From the NCBI GenBank assembly GCA_963798845.1, contig CAWCUS010000005.1:128001-192000 (forward strand): 64,000 nt of DNA. The letters are read 5' to 3'. The position numbers were made by a program, and so were the translations under genes. The notes beneath the pieces were generated by a model, which did not search any database, was not told the DNA's origin, and saw only the letters and a program-made list of their open reading frames with translations. This document shows, piece by piece, positions 37,884-47,791 of the stretch. Positions within the stretch are counted from its first letter, which is position 1, and the number at the start of each line of letters is the position of its first letter. The stretch is from an uncultured Gemmatimonadales bacterium (lineage in GTDB: Bacteria > Gemmatimonadota > Gemmatimonadetes > Longimicrobiales > RSA9).

Positions 37884-39784
37884 CACGCCGACTCGCGCAC
37901 GCCGGCCAGGCCCATGCGGACCATGTCCCTGGCCGCTTCCGCGATGCCGTTCGGCGTGAGGCCGACCTCCTCGAGCTGCTGGGACCGCGCGGCGTGGTCG
38001 ATGAGCCGGTCCGGGACGCCCATCACCCGGACGCGCGGGCGGGGTGCATCTCGGGACGCCACCCTGGCCGCGACAGCGGCCCCGAAGCCGTTCACCAGCG
38101 CACCCTCCTCCACCGTGACGACCGCCCGGTGGGAGCGGATCGCCCATTCCAGCGTGTCCTCGTCCATCGGCTTCAGGAACCGGCAGTTGACCACGGACGC
38201 GGCGATTCCCTGCTCCGCGAGCGACTCCGCGGCCGCGGCGGCCGGAAGTACCATCGTCCCGGTTGCCAGCAGGGCGACGTCCGTTCCGCGACGCAGGATC
38301 TCCCACGTCCCGAACGGCACGTCCGGGATGTCAGACAGCGCCGGGACGTCGGCGGGTACGGAGTCGCGCGGATAGCGGAGCGCGAATGGGCCGTCGGTCC
38401 AGGAGACGGCCAGGCGCAGGAGCGCCAGCAGCTCGGCGCCATCTTTGGGTGCCGTGACCACCGTGTTGGGCACGGTCAGCAGGTACGCGATGTCGTACAG
38501 CCCCATGTGCGTGGGGCCGTCGTTCCCCACGAGCCCTGCCCGGTCCATGGCCAGCACGATGGGGAGCTTCTGGATCGCGGCATCGTGAACGATGGAATCG
38601 TACGCCCGCTGCAGGAAGGTCGAGTAGATCGCAGCCACCGGCTTGAGCCCTTCGGCGGCGAGCCCTGCGGCGAAGGTGACCCCGTGCCCTTCTGCGATCC
38701 CCACGTCGAAGAAGCGATCCGGATACGCATCGGCGAAGGCGGTGGTGCCGGTGCCGTCCGGCATGGCGGCCGTGATGACGACCAGCTCCGGGACCGTGGC
38801 CCCGAGCTCCACCAGCCCGCGCCCGAATACCTTCGTATAGGCGGGGAGCCCCGCCTTCTTCGTCATCTCGCCGCTGATCTTGTCGAACGGCTTCGCTCCG
38901 TGCCACACCACCGGGTCGCGCTCAGCCCGCTCGAATCCCTTCCCCTTCTGCGTCAGGACGTGCACGACGCGCGGCCCCTGCATGTTCCGGACGTTGCGGA
39001 ACGTGTCGACGAGCTCACCGAGGTCGTGGCCGTTCACGGGTCCCACGTACCGGAAGCCCATCTCCTCGAACAGCATCCCGGCCACGAACATGTTCTTCAG
39101 GCTGTCGTCGAGTCGCACGGCCGCCTGCTCCATCCGCTCGGGGAGGAGGTGGATGAACGCCTTCAGGTCCTCCCGCATTCGATTGTACAGCGGGTTGCTG
39201 CGGATCTTGGTCAGGTACTTGTTCATCGCGCCCACGTTCGGCGCGATGGACATGGCATTGTCGTTCAGGACCACGATGAGGTCGCGATCCGTGTGCCCGG
39301 CGTTGTTGAGCGCCTCGTACGCCATTCCGCTCGTGAGCGCCCCGTCACCGATGACCGCCACCACCTTGTGGTGCTCGCCCTTGAGGTCCCGGGCCGTGGC
39401 CATGCCGAACGCCGCCGAAATGGATGTGGCCGCGTGGCCCGCGCCGAACGTGTCGTAGGGAGACTCGCCCCGCTTCAGGAACCCGGACAGGCCGCCCCTC
39501 TGGCGGATGGTCGAGAAACGCTCGTTCCGCCCCGTCAGGATCTTGTGCGGGTATCCCTGATGGCCGACATCCCAGACCAGCCGGTCGGTCGGGGTGTCGA
39601 ACACGTAGTGCAGGGCGATGGTCAGCTCGACGACGCCGAGCCCGGGCGCGAAGTGGCCACCCAGGCGACTGATGACGTCCACGAGCCGCTGGCGCACTTC
39701 CGCGGCCAGCGGCACGAGGTCTGACGGTTGGAGCCGGCGGATGTCCTCCGGCGTCCGGATCTGCTCCAGCAGCGACACACCCAC
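37883..39784 (-). CDS. dxs: 1-deoxy-D-xylulose-5-phosphate synthase
   Basis: WDVGHQGYPHKILTGR, IGDGA..GMAYEALN, DVGIAE, IYSTFLQRAYD, DRAG. Confidence 0.96.
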   Translation of the reverse strand: MGVSLLEQIRTPEDIRRLQPSDLVPLAAEVRQRLVDVISRLGGHFAPGLGVVELTIALHYVFDTPTDRLVWDVGHQGYPHKILTGRNERFSTIRQRGGLSGFLKRGESPYDTFGAGHAATSISAAFGMATARDLKGEHHKVVAVIGDGALTSGMAYEALNNAGHTDRDLIVVLNDNAMSIAPNVGAMNKYLTKIRSNPLYNRMREDLKAFIHLLPERMEQAAVRLDDSLKNMFVAGMLFEEMGFRYVGPVNGHDLGELVDTFRNVRNMQGPRVVHVLTQKGKGFERAERDPVVWHGAKPFDKISGEMTKKAGLPAYTKVFGRGLVELGATVPELVVITAAMPDGTGTTAFADAYPDRFFDVGIAEGHGVTFAAGLAAEGLKPVAAIYSTFLQRAYDSIVHDAAIQKLPIVLAMDRAGLVGNDGPTHMGLYDIAYLLTVPNTVVTAPKDGAELLALLRLAVSWTDGPFALRYPRDSVPADVPALSDIPDVPFGTWEILRRGTDVALLATGTMVLPAAAAAESLAEQGIAASVVNCRFLKPMDEDTLEWAIRSHRAVVTVEEGALVNGFGAAVAARVASRDAPRPRVRVMGVPDRLIDHAARSQQLEEVGLTPNGIAEAARDMVRMGLAGVRESA

Positions 39785-39792
39785 CTCCCCGC

Positions 39793-40689
39793 TCAGCGAT
39801 CCCGTTCCACGGCGTAGCGCGCCAGCGCGGCCAGCTCGTCGGATCGGAGCCCAACCGCCTCCAGCGCCGCCGCCGCGGCAGCCGACTGCTCCGCCGCCAT
39901 CGACCGCGCCCGGTCGAGCCCCACGAGCGCCGGGAAGGTGGCTTTGTCCAGCGCCGAGTCCCGGCCGGCCGTCTTGCCCAGCGTCGCAGTGTCCCCGGTC
40001 ACGTCCAGAATATCATCCGCGATCTGGAACGCCAGCCCGACGGCCTGCCCATACACGGCCAGCGCATCCAGCACCACCGGTGCGGCGCCTGCCGTGCGAC
40101 CGCCGATGGTCGGGGCGGCCGAGAGCAGCGCGCCCGTCTTCAGGCGATGGATCGTCGTCAGGGCTTCCACGTCCACGGGGCGCCCTTCCGCTGCCAGGTC
40201 CAGAAGCTGACCGCCGATCATTCCGCCGCCCCCAGCCGCCTCACACAGCAGTCGCACGACATCGGAGCGGCCAGCATCATCGAGGCCGAGCTGCCCGGTG
40301 GCGCGCTCCGCCACGTTCACCGCGAGCGGGATGAGCGCCGCGCCCGCCAGCGTCGCGGCGGGAACGCCGTGCAGGACGTGCGTGGCAGCCCGGCCTCGCC
40401 GGACCGGGTCGTCGTCCATGGCGGGCAGGTCGTCGTGAACGAGCGAGTAGGTGTGGACCAGCTCCAGCGCGGCCGCCAGCGTGTAGACAGCCGGGGGGAC
40501 CTCCGGGCACACGGCGCGATAGGCCGCCACACACAGGATCGGCCGGAGCCGCTTTCCTTCCGACGACACGGCGTAGCGGATCGCTTCTCCCACCGCCCCG
40601 GACGCTGCCGCCACCATCGGGATGGCGGCAATCGCCTCGTCGACCCGGTCGCGCTCTGCCGCGAGAAACGAGTCGAGCGAGAACCTCAC
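39793..40689 (-). CDS. ispA: Farnesyl/geranylgeranyl diphosphate synthase
   Basis: GKRLRP, SLVHDDLPAMDDD, KTGAL, FQIADDILD. Confidence 0.92.
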   Translation of the reverse strand: MRFSLDSFLAAERDRVDEAIAAIPMVAAASGAVGEAIRYAVSSEGKRLRPILCVAAYRAVCPEVPPAVYTLAAALELVHTYSLVHDDLPAMDDDPVRRGRAATHVLHGVPAATLAGAALIPLAVNVAERATGQLGLDDAGRSDVVRLLCEAAGGGGMIGGQLLDLAAEGRPVDVEALTTIHRLKTGALLSAAPTIGGRTAGAAPVVLDALAVYGQAVGLAFQIADDILDVTGDTATLGKTAGRDSALDKATFPALVGLDRARSMAAEQSAAAAAALEAVGLRSDELAALARYAVERDR

Positions 40690-40925
40690 TCCTCGGCCGG
40701 CTCCGCTTCCACCGCCACAGTCCCGTCCATGTCCACGACCAGGGTCTCCACCCGGAGCCGCGTGCGCTCCATGACGGCGTACGCCTCGCGCACGTGGGTC
40801 ACCCCTTCCTCGAAGAGGTCAAGCGCCTCCTGGAGCTCGAGATCGTCCTGCTCCAGCCGATCGACGATGACCTCCAGCCTCCGAAGCCGGGACTCGACGC
40901 CTTCCGCTCGCTCTTCCTCACTCAT
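40686..40925 (-). CDS. xseB: Exodeoxyribonuclease VII small subunit
   Basis: RLEVIVDRLE..LQEALDLFEEG; between xseA and ispA. Confidence 0.93.
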   Translation of the reverse strand: MSEEERAEGVESRLRRLEVIVDRLEQDDLELQEALDLFEEGVTHVREAYAVMERTRLRVETLVVDMDGTVAVEAEPAEE

Positions 40926-42129
40926 TCGTCACCCTCTCCGCCACGCAGTCCACGCGCCCGTCCGCCACCCGCAGCCGGAATCGCCCCCCCACCTCGAAGT
41001 CGGAAGCCCGCCGGAGAACGCGCCCGTCCTCGCCCTGGGCCACGGCGTAGCCGCGCTTCAGGGCCGAGAGCGGCGACAGCGCCTCCAGCTTGTCGGCGCA
41101 GCGGGCGAGGGCGGCCGCGCGCCGCACCAGCAGCATCTCCACGCTGGCGGTCATGGCGTGCGCCAGGTCCTGCACGTCCGAGGCCCGCCCGACGACCAGC
41201 CGTCGCAGCGCCCCCGCCAGGCGCACCCGCGCCGTGGCCACCTGTCGCCGCAGGTCGGCGCCGTCCAGGACCACCCGCTCCGCCGCCGCTGACGGCGTGG
41301 CCGCGCGAGCATCTGCCACCAGGTCGGCGATGGTCACGTCCACCTCGTGTCCGATCGCGCTCACGACCGGCACCGGGCACCGTACGATGGCGCGCGCGAC
41401 CTCTTCCCGGTTGAACGCCCACAGGTCCTCCACCGAGCCCCCGCCACGTCCCACGATGATGACGTCGACGCGGCCGTACTCCGCCAGGCGGTCCAGCGCG
41501 GCCGCGATCTCCGCCTCGGCGCCGTCGCCCTGGACCCGGGCAGGGCTCAGCACCACCGTCGTCCACGGCGCCCGCTGCTCGATCACGCGCAGCACGTCGT
41601 GGATCGCCGCTCCGACCGGAGAAGTCACCACGCCCACCCGCGCCGGGCTGCGCGGCAACGGCCGCTTCCGCTCGGGGGCGAGCAGCCCTTCCCCTTCCAG
41701 CTTGTCACGGAGCCTCTCGAACGCCAGCCGCCACAGCCCGCCGGCGTCGCGGGCTTCCAACTCCCGCACCACCAGCTGATAGTCGCCTCTGGCCTCGTAC
41801 AGCGTCACGGTGCCGAACGCCCGGACGCGCATCCCCTCCTCCGGCTCCGCGGGGAGGCGCCTTGCGTCCCCGCTGAAGAGGACGCAGCGCACCTGAGCTT
41901 CCGCATCGCGCAGCGAGAAATAGCAATGACCCCGAGAGGAGCGCTTCCAGTTCGACACTTCGCCGCTCACCCACAGCGGCGGCAGCGAGGTGTCCAGCAG
42001 CTCCCGGATGAGTCGGTTCAGGCCACTGACGGTGTAGGCGACGCGGGGCTCGCCTGCCCCCGCGTCGCCCGGCGGCCGGGTCTGGCGCTCGGCCTCGGCG
42101 GCCGCGAACAGGTCCAGCGTGCCGCTCAC
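40918..42129 (-). CDS. xseA: Exodeoxyribonuclease VII large subunit
   Basis: GEVSN, GHCYFSL, VGRGGGSVEDLWAFN, AIGHEVD, TPSAAAE. Confidence 0.95.
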   Translation of the reverse strand: MSGTLDLFAAAEAERQTRPPGDAGAGEPRVAYTVSGLNRLIRELLDTSLPPLWVSGEVSNWKRSSRGHCYFSLRDAEAQVRCVLFSGDARRLPAEPEEGMRVRAFGTVTLYEARGDYQLVVRELEARDAGGLWRLAFERLRDKLEGEGLLAPERKRPLPRSPARVGVVTSPVGAAIHDVLRVIEQRAPWTTVVLSPARVQGDGAEAEIAAALDRLAEYGRVDVIIVGRGGGSVEDLWAFNREEVARAIVRCPVPVVSAIGHEVDVTIADLVADARAATPSAAAERVVLDGADLRRQVATARVRLAGALRRLVVGRASDVQDLAHAMTASVEMLLVRRAAALARCADKLEALSPLSALKRGYAVAQGEDGRVLRRASDFEVGGRFRLRVADGRVDCVAERVTNE

Positions 42130-43043
42130 GTCGCGCCCGCACCCTCCGGCACGCGGCCTGCCGCCGCGGACCGCCTGGCCGCTTCCAGTGTGTTCTTGAG
42201 CAGCATCGTGATCGTCATGGGCCCGACGCCGCCGGGAACCGGCGTGATCGCTTCGGCCACCTCTGCCACGGCATCGTAATCCACGTCGCCGATCCAGCGG
42301 TAGCCGCGCTCGTCGCTCGCGTCGTCGATGCGGTTCGAGCCCACGTCGATGACCACGACACCGGGCCTCACCATGTCCCGCGTCACCGTGTTCGGCCGAC
42401 CTACCGCCGCGACGATGATGTCCGCCCGGCGAGTCATCGCGGCCAGGTCGGCGGTCCGGCTGTGGGCCACCGTGACGGTGGCGTCACCGCCCCGGCCCTT
42501 CCGGAGCAGGAGCAGCGCGAGCGGCTTGCCCACGATGTTGGAGCGGCCGACCACCACCACGTTCTTCCCCTTCGGGTCGTAGCCGTTCCGCACCAGCATC
42601 TCGACGATCCCGGCGGGCGTGCAGGGGGCCAGCACGTTCGGATCGCCGACGGCGAGGCGCCCCACGTTCACCGGGTGGAAGCCGTCCACGTCCTTGGCCG
42701 GATCGATGGCCTCGATGATGGCGTCCTCATCGATCTGCGGCGGCAGCGGGAGCTGCACCAGGATTCCGTGGATCTCCGGGTCCGCGTTCAGCCCTTCCAC
42801 GAGGCCCAGCAGCTCGTCGTGGGGCGTGTCTCCGGGGAGCGTGATCTGTCGCGAGTAGAAGCTCGCCGCGTCGGCGGCTTTCCCCTTCATGCGGACGTAC
42901 TGGTGGCTGGCCGGGTCGTCCCCCACCAGCACCGTGGCCAGCCCGGGCTTCACGCCGGTCCTGGCCGTGAACGCCTCCGCATCCTGGCGGATCTCCTCGC
43001 GCATCTCCTTCGCGAGGGCCCGCCCATCTATGATCTTCGCCAT
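42126..43043 (-). CDS. folD: Bifunctional methylene-THF dehydrogenase/cyclohydrolase
   Basis: HGILVQLPLP, KDVDGFHP, PCTP, GRSNIVGKP, TPVPGGVGPMT. Confidence 0.96.
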   Translation of the reverse strand: MAKIIDGRALAKEMREEIRQDAEAFTARTGVKPGLATVLVGDDPASHQYVRMKGKAADAASFYSRQITLPGDTPHDELLGLVEGLNADPEIHGILVQLPLPPQIDEDAIIEAIDPAKDVDGFHPVNVGRLAVGDPNVLAPCTPAGIVEMLVRNGYDPKGKNVVVVGRSNIVGKPLALLLLRKGRGGDATVTVAHSRTADLAAMTRRADIIVAAVGRPNTVTRDMVRPGVVVIDVGSNRIDDASDERGYRWIGDVDYDAVAEVAEAITPVPGGVGPMTITMLLKNTLEAARRSAAAGRVPEGAGAT

Positions 43044-43065
43044 GAATCGTCGGTTTCGGGTTGTG

Positions 43066-44622
43066 TCAGCGCGCGAAGTCCACCGCGCGCGTCTCCCGGA
43101 TCACCACCACCTTGATCTGACCCGGGTACTGAAGCTCTTCCTCGAGCTTGCGAGCGATCTTCTCGCTAAGCTGTGCCATTTCCTCATCGCGCGCCTGCTC
43201 CGGGTCCACCATCACCCGGATCTCCCGACCCGCCTGGATCGCGAAGCAGCGCTCCACGCCATCGAAACCCTGCGCGATCTCCTCGAGCTTCTCCAGCCGC
43301 TTCACGTACGTCTCGAACATCTCTCGCCGGGCGCCCGGTCGGGCGCCGCTGATGGCGTCCGCGGCCGTGACCAGGAACGTTTCCGGGTACCGGTGCGGCT
43401 CCTCGTCATGGTGCGCCCTGATGGCGTTCAGCACCTGGTCCGGCTCGCCGTGCCGGCGGCACAGTTCCCAGCCCAGCTCCACGTGCGTCCCCTCGTGCTC
43501 GTGCGTCAGCCCTTTCCCGACGTCGTGCAGAAGCCCCATGCGTTTCGCCATGGTGGCGTCCAACCCCATCTCGAGGGCCATGTTCCCCGCCAGCACGGCC
43601 ACCTCCTTCGAGTGCAGCAGCTGGTTCTGCCCGTATGAGGTGCGGAACTTGAGGCGCCCGAGCACCTTGATGATCTCCGGGGCCACCCCGTGGACGCCGA
43701 GGTCGTAGAGCGTCTCCTCAGCGGCGAGGATCATCGCCTCCTCGACCTCCTTCTGGCTCTTCTCCACCACCTCCTCGATCCGGCCGGGGTGGATCCGGCC
43801 ATCGGCCACCAGCTTTTCCAGCGCGATCCTCGCCGTCTCCCGTCGCACCGGATCGAAGCCGGACAGGATCACCGCCTCCGGTGTGTCGTCGATGATCACA
43901 TCGATGCCGGTCGCCTGCTCGAACGCCCGGATGTTCCGCCCCTCACGCCCGATGATCCGCCCCTTCATTTCGTCGGACGGCAGGCTGACCACGCTCACCA
44001 CGCTCTCCGCCGTATGGTCGGCGGCGATCCGCTGGATGGCCAGCCCGATGATGTTCTTCGCCTCCCGCTCCGCGTCCCGCTTCGCCACTTCCCGGATTTC
44101 GCGCAGCGTGTTCGCTGCCTCTGCCCTCGCCTCGTCCTCGAGCGCGGCGACCAGCTGCTTCTTCGCCTCCGCGGCCGACATTCCCGCAAGCGCCTCCAGC
44201 TTCGCCCGCGCCTCGCGCTCCCGCTGGCGCAGCTCCTCGTCGGCCTGCTCCAGCGTCTTCGCCTGCGCCGCGACGCCCCGCTCCCGTTGCTCGAGCGCCC
44301 GCTCCTTCTCCTCCAGCGCGTCGAACTTCCGGTCCAGGCTGGTGCGACGCGCGTCCACTCGACTCTCCGCCCGCTCCAGCTCCTCGCGGCGACGACCCTC
44401 CTCGCGCTCCCACGCCTCCCGCGTCTGCACCGCCGCCTCACGCCCCTCGATCTCCGCCGCCTTTCGGGTGCGCTCGGCATCCTCTGCGGCCGTGCGACGG
44501 ATCCGCTCCGCCTCTTCCTCGGCACCGGCCCGGGCGCTGCGCAGACGCATGCGCTCGCCGAGCCAGCCGATCAGCAGGCCAACGGCGGCGGCCACGACCG
44601 CCACCAGGAACAGGTTGTTCAT
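43066..44622 (-). CDS. rny: Ribonuclease Y
   Basis: N-terminal TM, coiled coil, KH domain (KGRIIGREGRNIR), HD domain (LLHDVGK); ATG 44622. Confidence 0.96.
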   Translation of the reverse strand: MNNLFLVAVVAAAVGLLIGWLGERMRLRSARAGAEEEAERIRRTAAEDAERTRKAAEIEGREAAVQTREAWEREEGRRREELERAESRVDARRTSLDRKFDALEEKERALEQRERGVAAQAKTLEQADEELRQREREARAKLEALAGMSAAEAKKQLVAALEDEARAEAANTLREIREVAKRDAEREAKNIIGLAIQRIAADHTAESVVSVVSLPSDEMKGRIIGREGRNIRAFEQATGIDVIIDDTPEAVILSGFDPVRRETARIALEKLVADGRIHPGRIEEVVEKSQKEVEEAMILAAEETLYDLGVHGVAPEIIKVLGRLKFRTSYGQNQLLHSKEVAVLAGNMALEMGLDATMAKRMGLLHDVGKGLTHEHEGTHVELGWELCRRHGEPDQVLNAIRAHHDEEPHRYPETFLVTAADAISGARPGARREMFETYVKRLEKLEEIAQGFDGVERCFAIQAGREIRVMVDPEQARDEEMAQLSEKIARKLEEELQYPGQIKVVVIRETRAVDFAR

Positions 44623-44740
44623 ATGGACGACTCCAGGAAAGGCGCCATGACGCGCCTCGGAAGGCAATCACTCGGTGTCCCCGGCGACGCAGCCGGCGAC
44701 CCGACAGACCCACTGCCGCAGGGTGAAAAGCTAGGACGTC

Positions 44741-45055
44741 TCAGTCGGCGGATGCAACCCCGGACGCGGGCGCTCGGCGCTCGATCTCTTCCAGCAGACG
44801 CGCTGATTTTCGGCTCAGCGCCTCCTCCAGCACCTCCACACCTCGCCTGGCCTGGAGCAGCTGGTCCGCCAGCGCGAGCGCCGCCAGGATCGCCGCCTTG
44901 TGCACCTCGACCAGGCTCCCCTGCGACATGATCTCCGCCAGCGTCTCGTTCACGCACCGTGCGCACTCGCGCGTGTACTCCTGACTCGCGTGGGACCGGA
45001 TCGTGTACTCCTCGCCCGCGATCTCCACGGTGGTGACCGTCCGCTCGCCCGTCAC
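44741..45055 (-). CDS. zapA: Cell division protein ZapA
   Basis: VEIAGEEYTIR, KAAILAALALAD; pheT-zapB-zapA-rny context. Confidence 0.88.
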   Translation of the reverse strand: MTGERTVTTVEIAGEEYTIRSHASQEYTRECARCVNETLAEIMSQGSLVEVHKAAILAALALADQLLQARRGVEVLEEALSRKSARLLEEIERRAPASGVASAD

Positions 45056-45369
45056 AGCTCCTCCCGAAGGAAATCGAAGCGCGCCACCAGCCGACGGATC
45101 CGCTCCTGCGCCTTCCCGATGCGCCGCCGGAGATCACGGTTCTCCTCTTCCAGCAGGCGCACCGTCTCCTTCAGCTTCAGCGGATCCAGCCCGCCTTCGT
45201 GGATATTCCGGAGCGTCTGCTCCAGCTCGCCCGCGCGCGCCTCCGCCACCTGTGCGCGTGCCCGGTACCCGGCGACGTCGTCCAGCAGCCGCCGCACCGC
45301 GCGCTCCAGGCGCTCGTACTCCGCCGGAAGCGCGTCGGCCGCCTTCGTGTCAACCGCGTCGTTCGACAC
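45052..45369 (-). CDS. Coiled-coil protein, ZapB-like
   Basis: Heptad pattern; directly upstream of zapA. Confidence 0.65.
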   Translation of the reverse strand: MSNDAVDTKAADALPAEYERLERAVRRLLDDVAGYRARAQVAEARAGELEQTLRNIHEGGLDPLKLKETVRLLEEENRDLRRRIGKAQERIRRLVARFDFLREEL

Positions 45370-47791
45370 CGTGGACTTCCCTCAAGCGGTTCAGGACGCG
45401 TTCGATCGCCCGATCGACCTCCTCGTCCTTCAAGGTACGCTCCGCGTGACGGAAAACCAGCCGGTATGCGATGCTCCTGACCCCCTCCGGCACCCCGCGC
45501 CCACGGTAAACGTCGAACACCTCCACCGCCTCCAGCAGCCCGCCGGCCGCCTCTCGCACCGTCGCTTCCACTTCCGCGGCCGGGAGAGAGTCCGGCACCA
45601 GGAGCGCAAGATCGCGGTCGCTCGACGGCTGCGTGGCGAGCGGCGCCAGCGCCGGTCGGCTCCGGCGCGCCATGTCCTCGGTCAGCCGGATCTCCAGCGC
45701 GAACGCCGGCGCCGCCCACGTGGGTGCGTCCAGCGCCTTTCCGGCCACCTCGCCCCCGATGCCGACCACGCCCGCGGGCGTGCGGAGCGCCAGCACGGTG
45801 CCCGGGCGGAAGAGATCGCGGCGGGCCAGGTCGCCGGTCTCCTCGTCGCCGAGCGGGCCCACATGCGCTCGCCCGGGGCCGAGGACCCGGCCGAGCTGCT
45901 CGAGGAGGCCACGTGCGTCCCAGAGGTCGTGGTCGTCGGCACTGCCCGACCAGTGCGGCGGCTCGCGGCGGCCGCTCAGGACCACGGCCACCCGGCGGTC
46001 CTCAGCGGGGCGCCCGCCGGGACCGCCCGCGTGGAAGGTGGTGCCGATCTCGAAGAGCCGGACGTCGCGCACCCCGCGGGCGAAGTTGAGCTCGAGGGCG
46101 CGCAGGAGCCCGTGCGCCACGGTCGAGCGCAGCACGCTCTCCTCGCTGGAGAGCGGGCGGAGGAGTGGGACCTCCCCTGCCGACTGTGCCACCATGGGAA
46201 CGCTCCGGGCCTCGAGCAGGCCCGCCCCGACCATGAACTCCCGCACCCGGTCCTCGAGGCGGAGCGCCGGGGAGTCGGCGATGGTGGTGGCGCGGAACGG
46301 GCGGGGGCTGGCGTCCAGCCGGTCGTACCCGTAGCGGCGGGCCACCTCTTCGATGAGGTCGATCTCCCGCGTGACATCGTGGCGCCGGAACCCGGGCACC
46401 GCGAACGCGAGGATGTCGTCGTCGCGGCTCCGGAGCTCGAACCCGAGCGTCTGCAGGATGTCCCGGATCTGCTCGGCAGGAATGGGCGTCCCGAGCACGG
46501 CCTCCACGCGGGAGGGCCGTAGCGGGACCACCGGGGCCTCCTGCGGTGCCGGGAAGACGTCCAGCGCCGCTTCCGTTCGGCCGCCGGCCACCGCCGCGAT
46601 CAGCTCCACGGCGCGCAGCAGCGCCCGCTCCATCCCCTCCATGTCGACGCCGCGCTCGAAACGATAGCTCGCATCCGTGGAGAGCCCCAGCGCTCTCGCC
46701 GTGCTCCGGATCGAGCGCGGGTCGAAGTACGCGCACTCCAGCAGGACGCGCGTGGTGACGGCCGTCACTTCGCTGGTTGAGCCCCCCATGACCCCTGCCA
46801 CCGCGACCGGCGCCGCCGCGTCGGCGATCACCAGCATGTCCGCGGTCAGCCGACGCTCCGCGTCGTCCAGCGTCGTGATGCGCTCTCCCGGGCGCGCGCG
46901 CCGGACGCGGATCTCGGGGCCGTCCAGGCGCTCGAGGTCGAACGCGTGCAGCGGCTGACCCAGCTCATGCAGCACGTAGTTGGTCGCATCCACCACGTTG
47001 TTGATCGGCCGCTGCCCGATCGAACGGAGCCGGCTCGCGAGCCACGGCGGCGATGGCGCGACTGTGACATCCTCGATCACGGCGGCCATGTAGCGCGGGC
47101 AGGCGGCCGCGTCCTCGATGCAGAGGCGCACACCCGAGGCCCGGCCTTCCGTTCGCTCGCGCCGGATCGAGGGTGCGGGAGCGTCGCCCCGGACCCCCTC
47201 CCCATCATCGGGAAACGGCTGCAGGTGAACGCCGTGGTGTCCCTCGGGCGCCAGCTCGCGCGCCACGCCCACGTGAGACAGGAGGTCCGACCGGTTCGGC
47301 GTGACCTCCAGCGTCAGGCGGGCGTCGTCGAGCCCGAGCGCTTCGACGAGCGGCGACCCGACGGTGTGAGCGTCGGCGAGGCGCATGATCCCCGACCCGT
47401 CGCGGCCAAGCCCCAGCTCGCGCTCGCTGCACAGCATGCCGTTGCTGTATTCGCCCCGGATCTTCGCCCGCCGCAACTCCACGCCACCCGGGAGGGAAGA
47501 CCCCGCGGGCGCGAACGGATACAGCGCCCCCTCCTCGACGTTGGGGGCGCCGCAGACCACCTGCACCGGCTCTCCGCCGCCGGCGTCCACGTCGCAGAGG
47601 GTGAGGCGATCGGCGTTGGGGTGCGGCCTCGAGCGGAGCACGCGGGCCACGACGACCTCGCCGAGCCCGGCGCCCGGCCGCGCCAGCTCCTCCACCGGCG
47701 CGCCCAGCATTCCGAGGCGAGCGGCCAGCGCTTCCGGCTCATCCTGGATCTCCGGCGCCAGCTCCCGGAGCCACCGGTAGCTGATGTTCAT
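45350..47791 (-). CDS. pheT: Phenylalanine-tRNA ligase beta subunit
   Basis: MNISYRWL, HPNADRL, VVCGAPN, TPNRSDLLS, INNVVDATNY, DLIEEVAR, FDVYRG. Confidence 0.96.
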   Translation of the reverse strand: MNISYRWLRELAPEIQDEPEALAARLGMLGAPVEELARPGAGLGEVVVARVLRSRPHPNADRLTLCDVDAGGGEPVQVVCGAPNVEEGALYPFAPAGSSLPGGVELRRAKIRGEYSNGMLCSERELGLGRDGSGIMRLADAHTVGSPLVEALGLDDARLTLEVTPNRSDLLSHVGVARELAPEGHHGVHLQPFPDDGEGVRGDAPAPSIRRERTEGRASGVRLCIEDAAACPRYMAAVIEDVTVAPSPPWLASRLRSIGQRPINNVVDATNYVLHELGQPLHAFDLERLDGPEIRVRRARPGERITTLDDAERRLTADMLVIADAAAPVAVAGVMGGSTSEVTAVTTRVLLECAYFDPRSIRSTARALGLSTDASYRFERGVDMEGMERALLRAVELIAAVAGGRTEAALDVFPAPQEAPVVPLRPSRVEAVLGTPIPAEQIRDILQTLGFELRSRDDDILAFAVPGFRRHDVTREIDLIEEVARRYGYDRLDASPRPFRATTIADSPALRLEDRVREFMVGAGLLEARSVPMVAQSAGEVPLLRPLSSEESVLRSTVAHGLLRALELNFARGVRDVRLFEIGTTFHAGGPGGRPAEDRRVAVVLSGRREPPHWSGSADDHDLWDARGLLEQLGRVLGPGRAHVGPLGDEETGDLARRDLFRPGTVLALRTPAGVVGIGGEVAGKALDAPTWAAPAFALEIRLTEDMARRSRPALAPLATQPSSDRDLALLVPDSLPAAEVEATVREAAGGLLEAVEVFDVYRGRGVPEGVRSIAYRLVFRHAERTLKDEEVDRAIERVLNRLREVHGVERRG

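Noticed and set aside
44623..44740. Canonical 6S RNA (ssrS)
   Set aside because: The spacer is about 118 nt, too short for a ~180-nt 6S RNA, and no central bubble is evident. It is kept only as a low-interest structured element.
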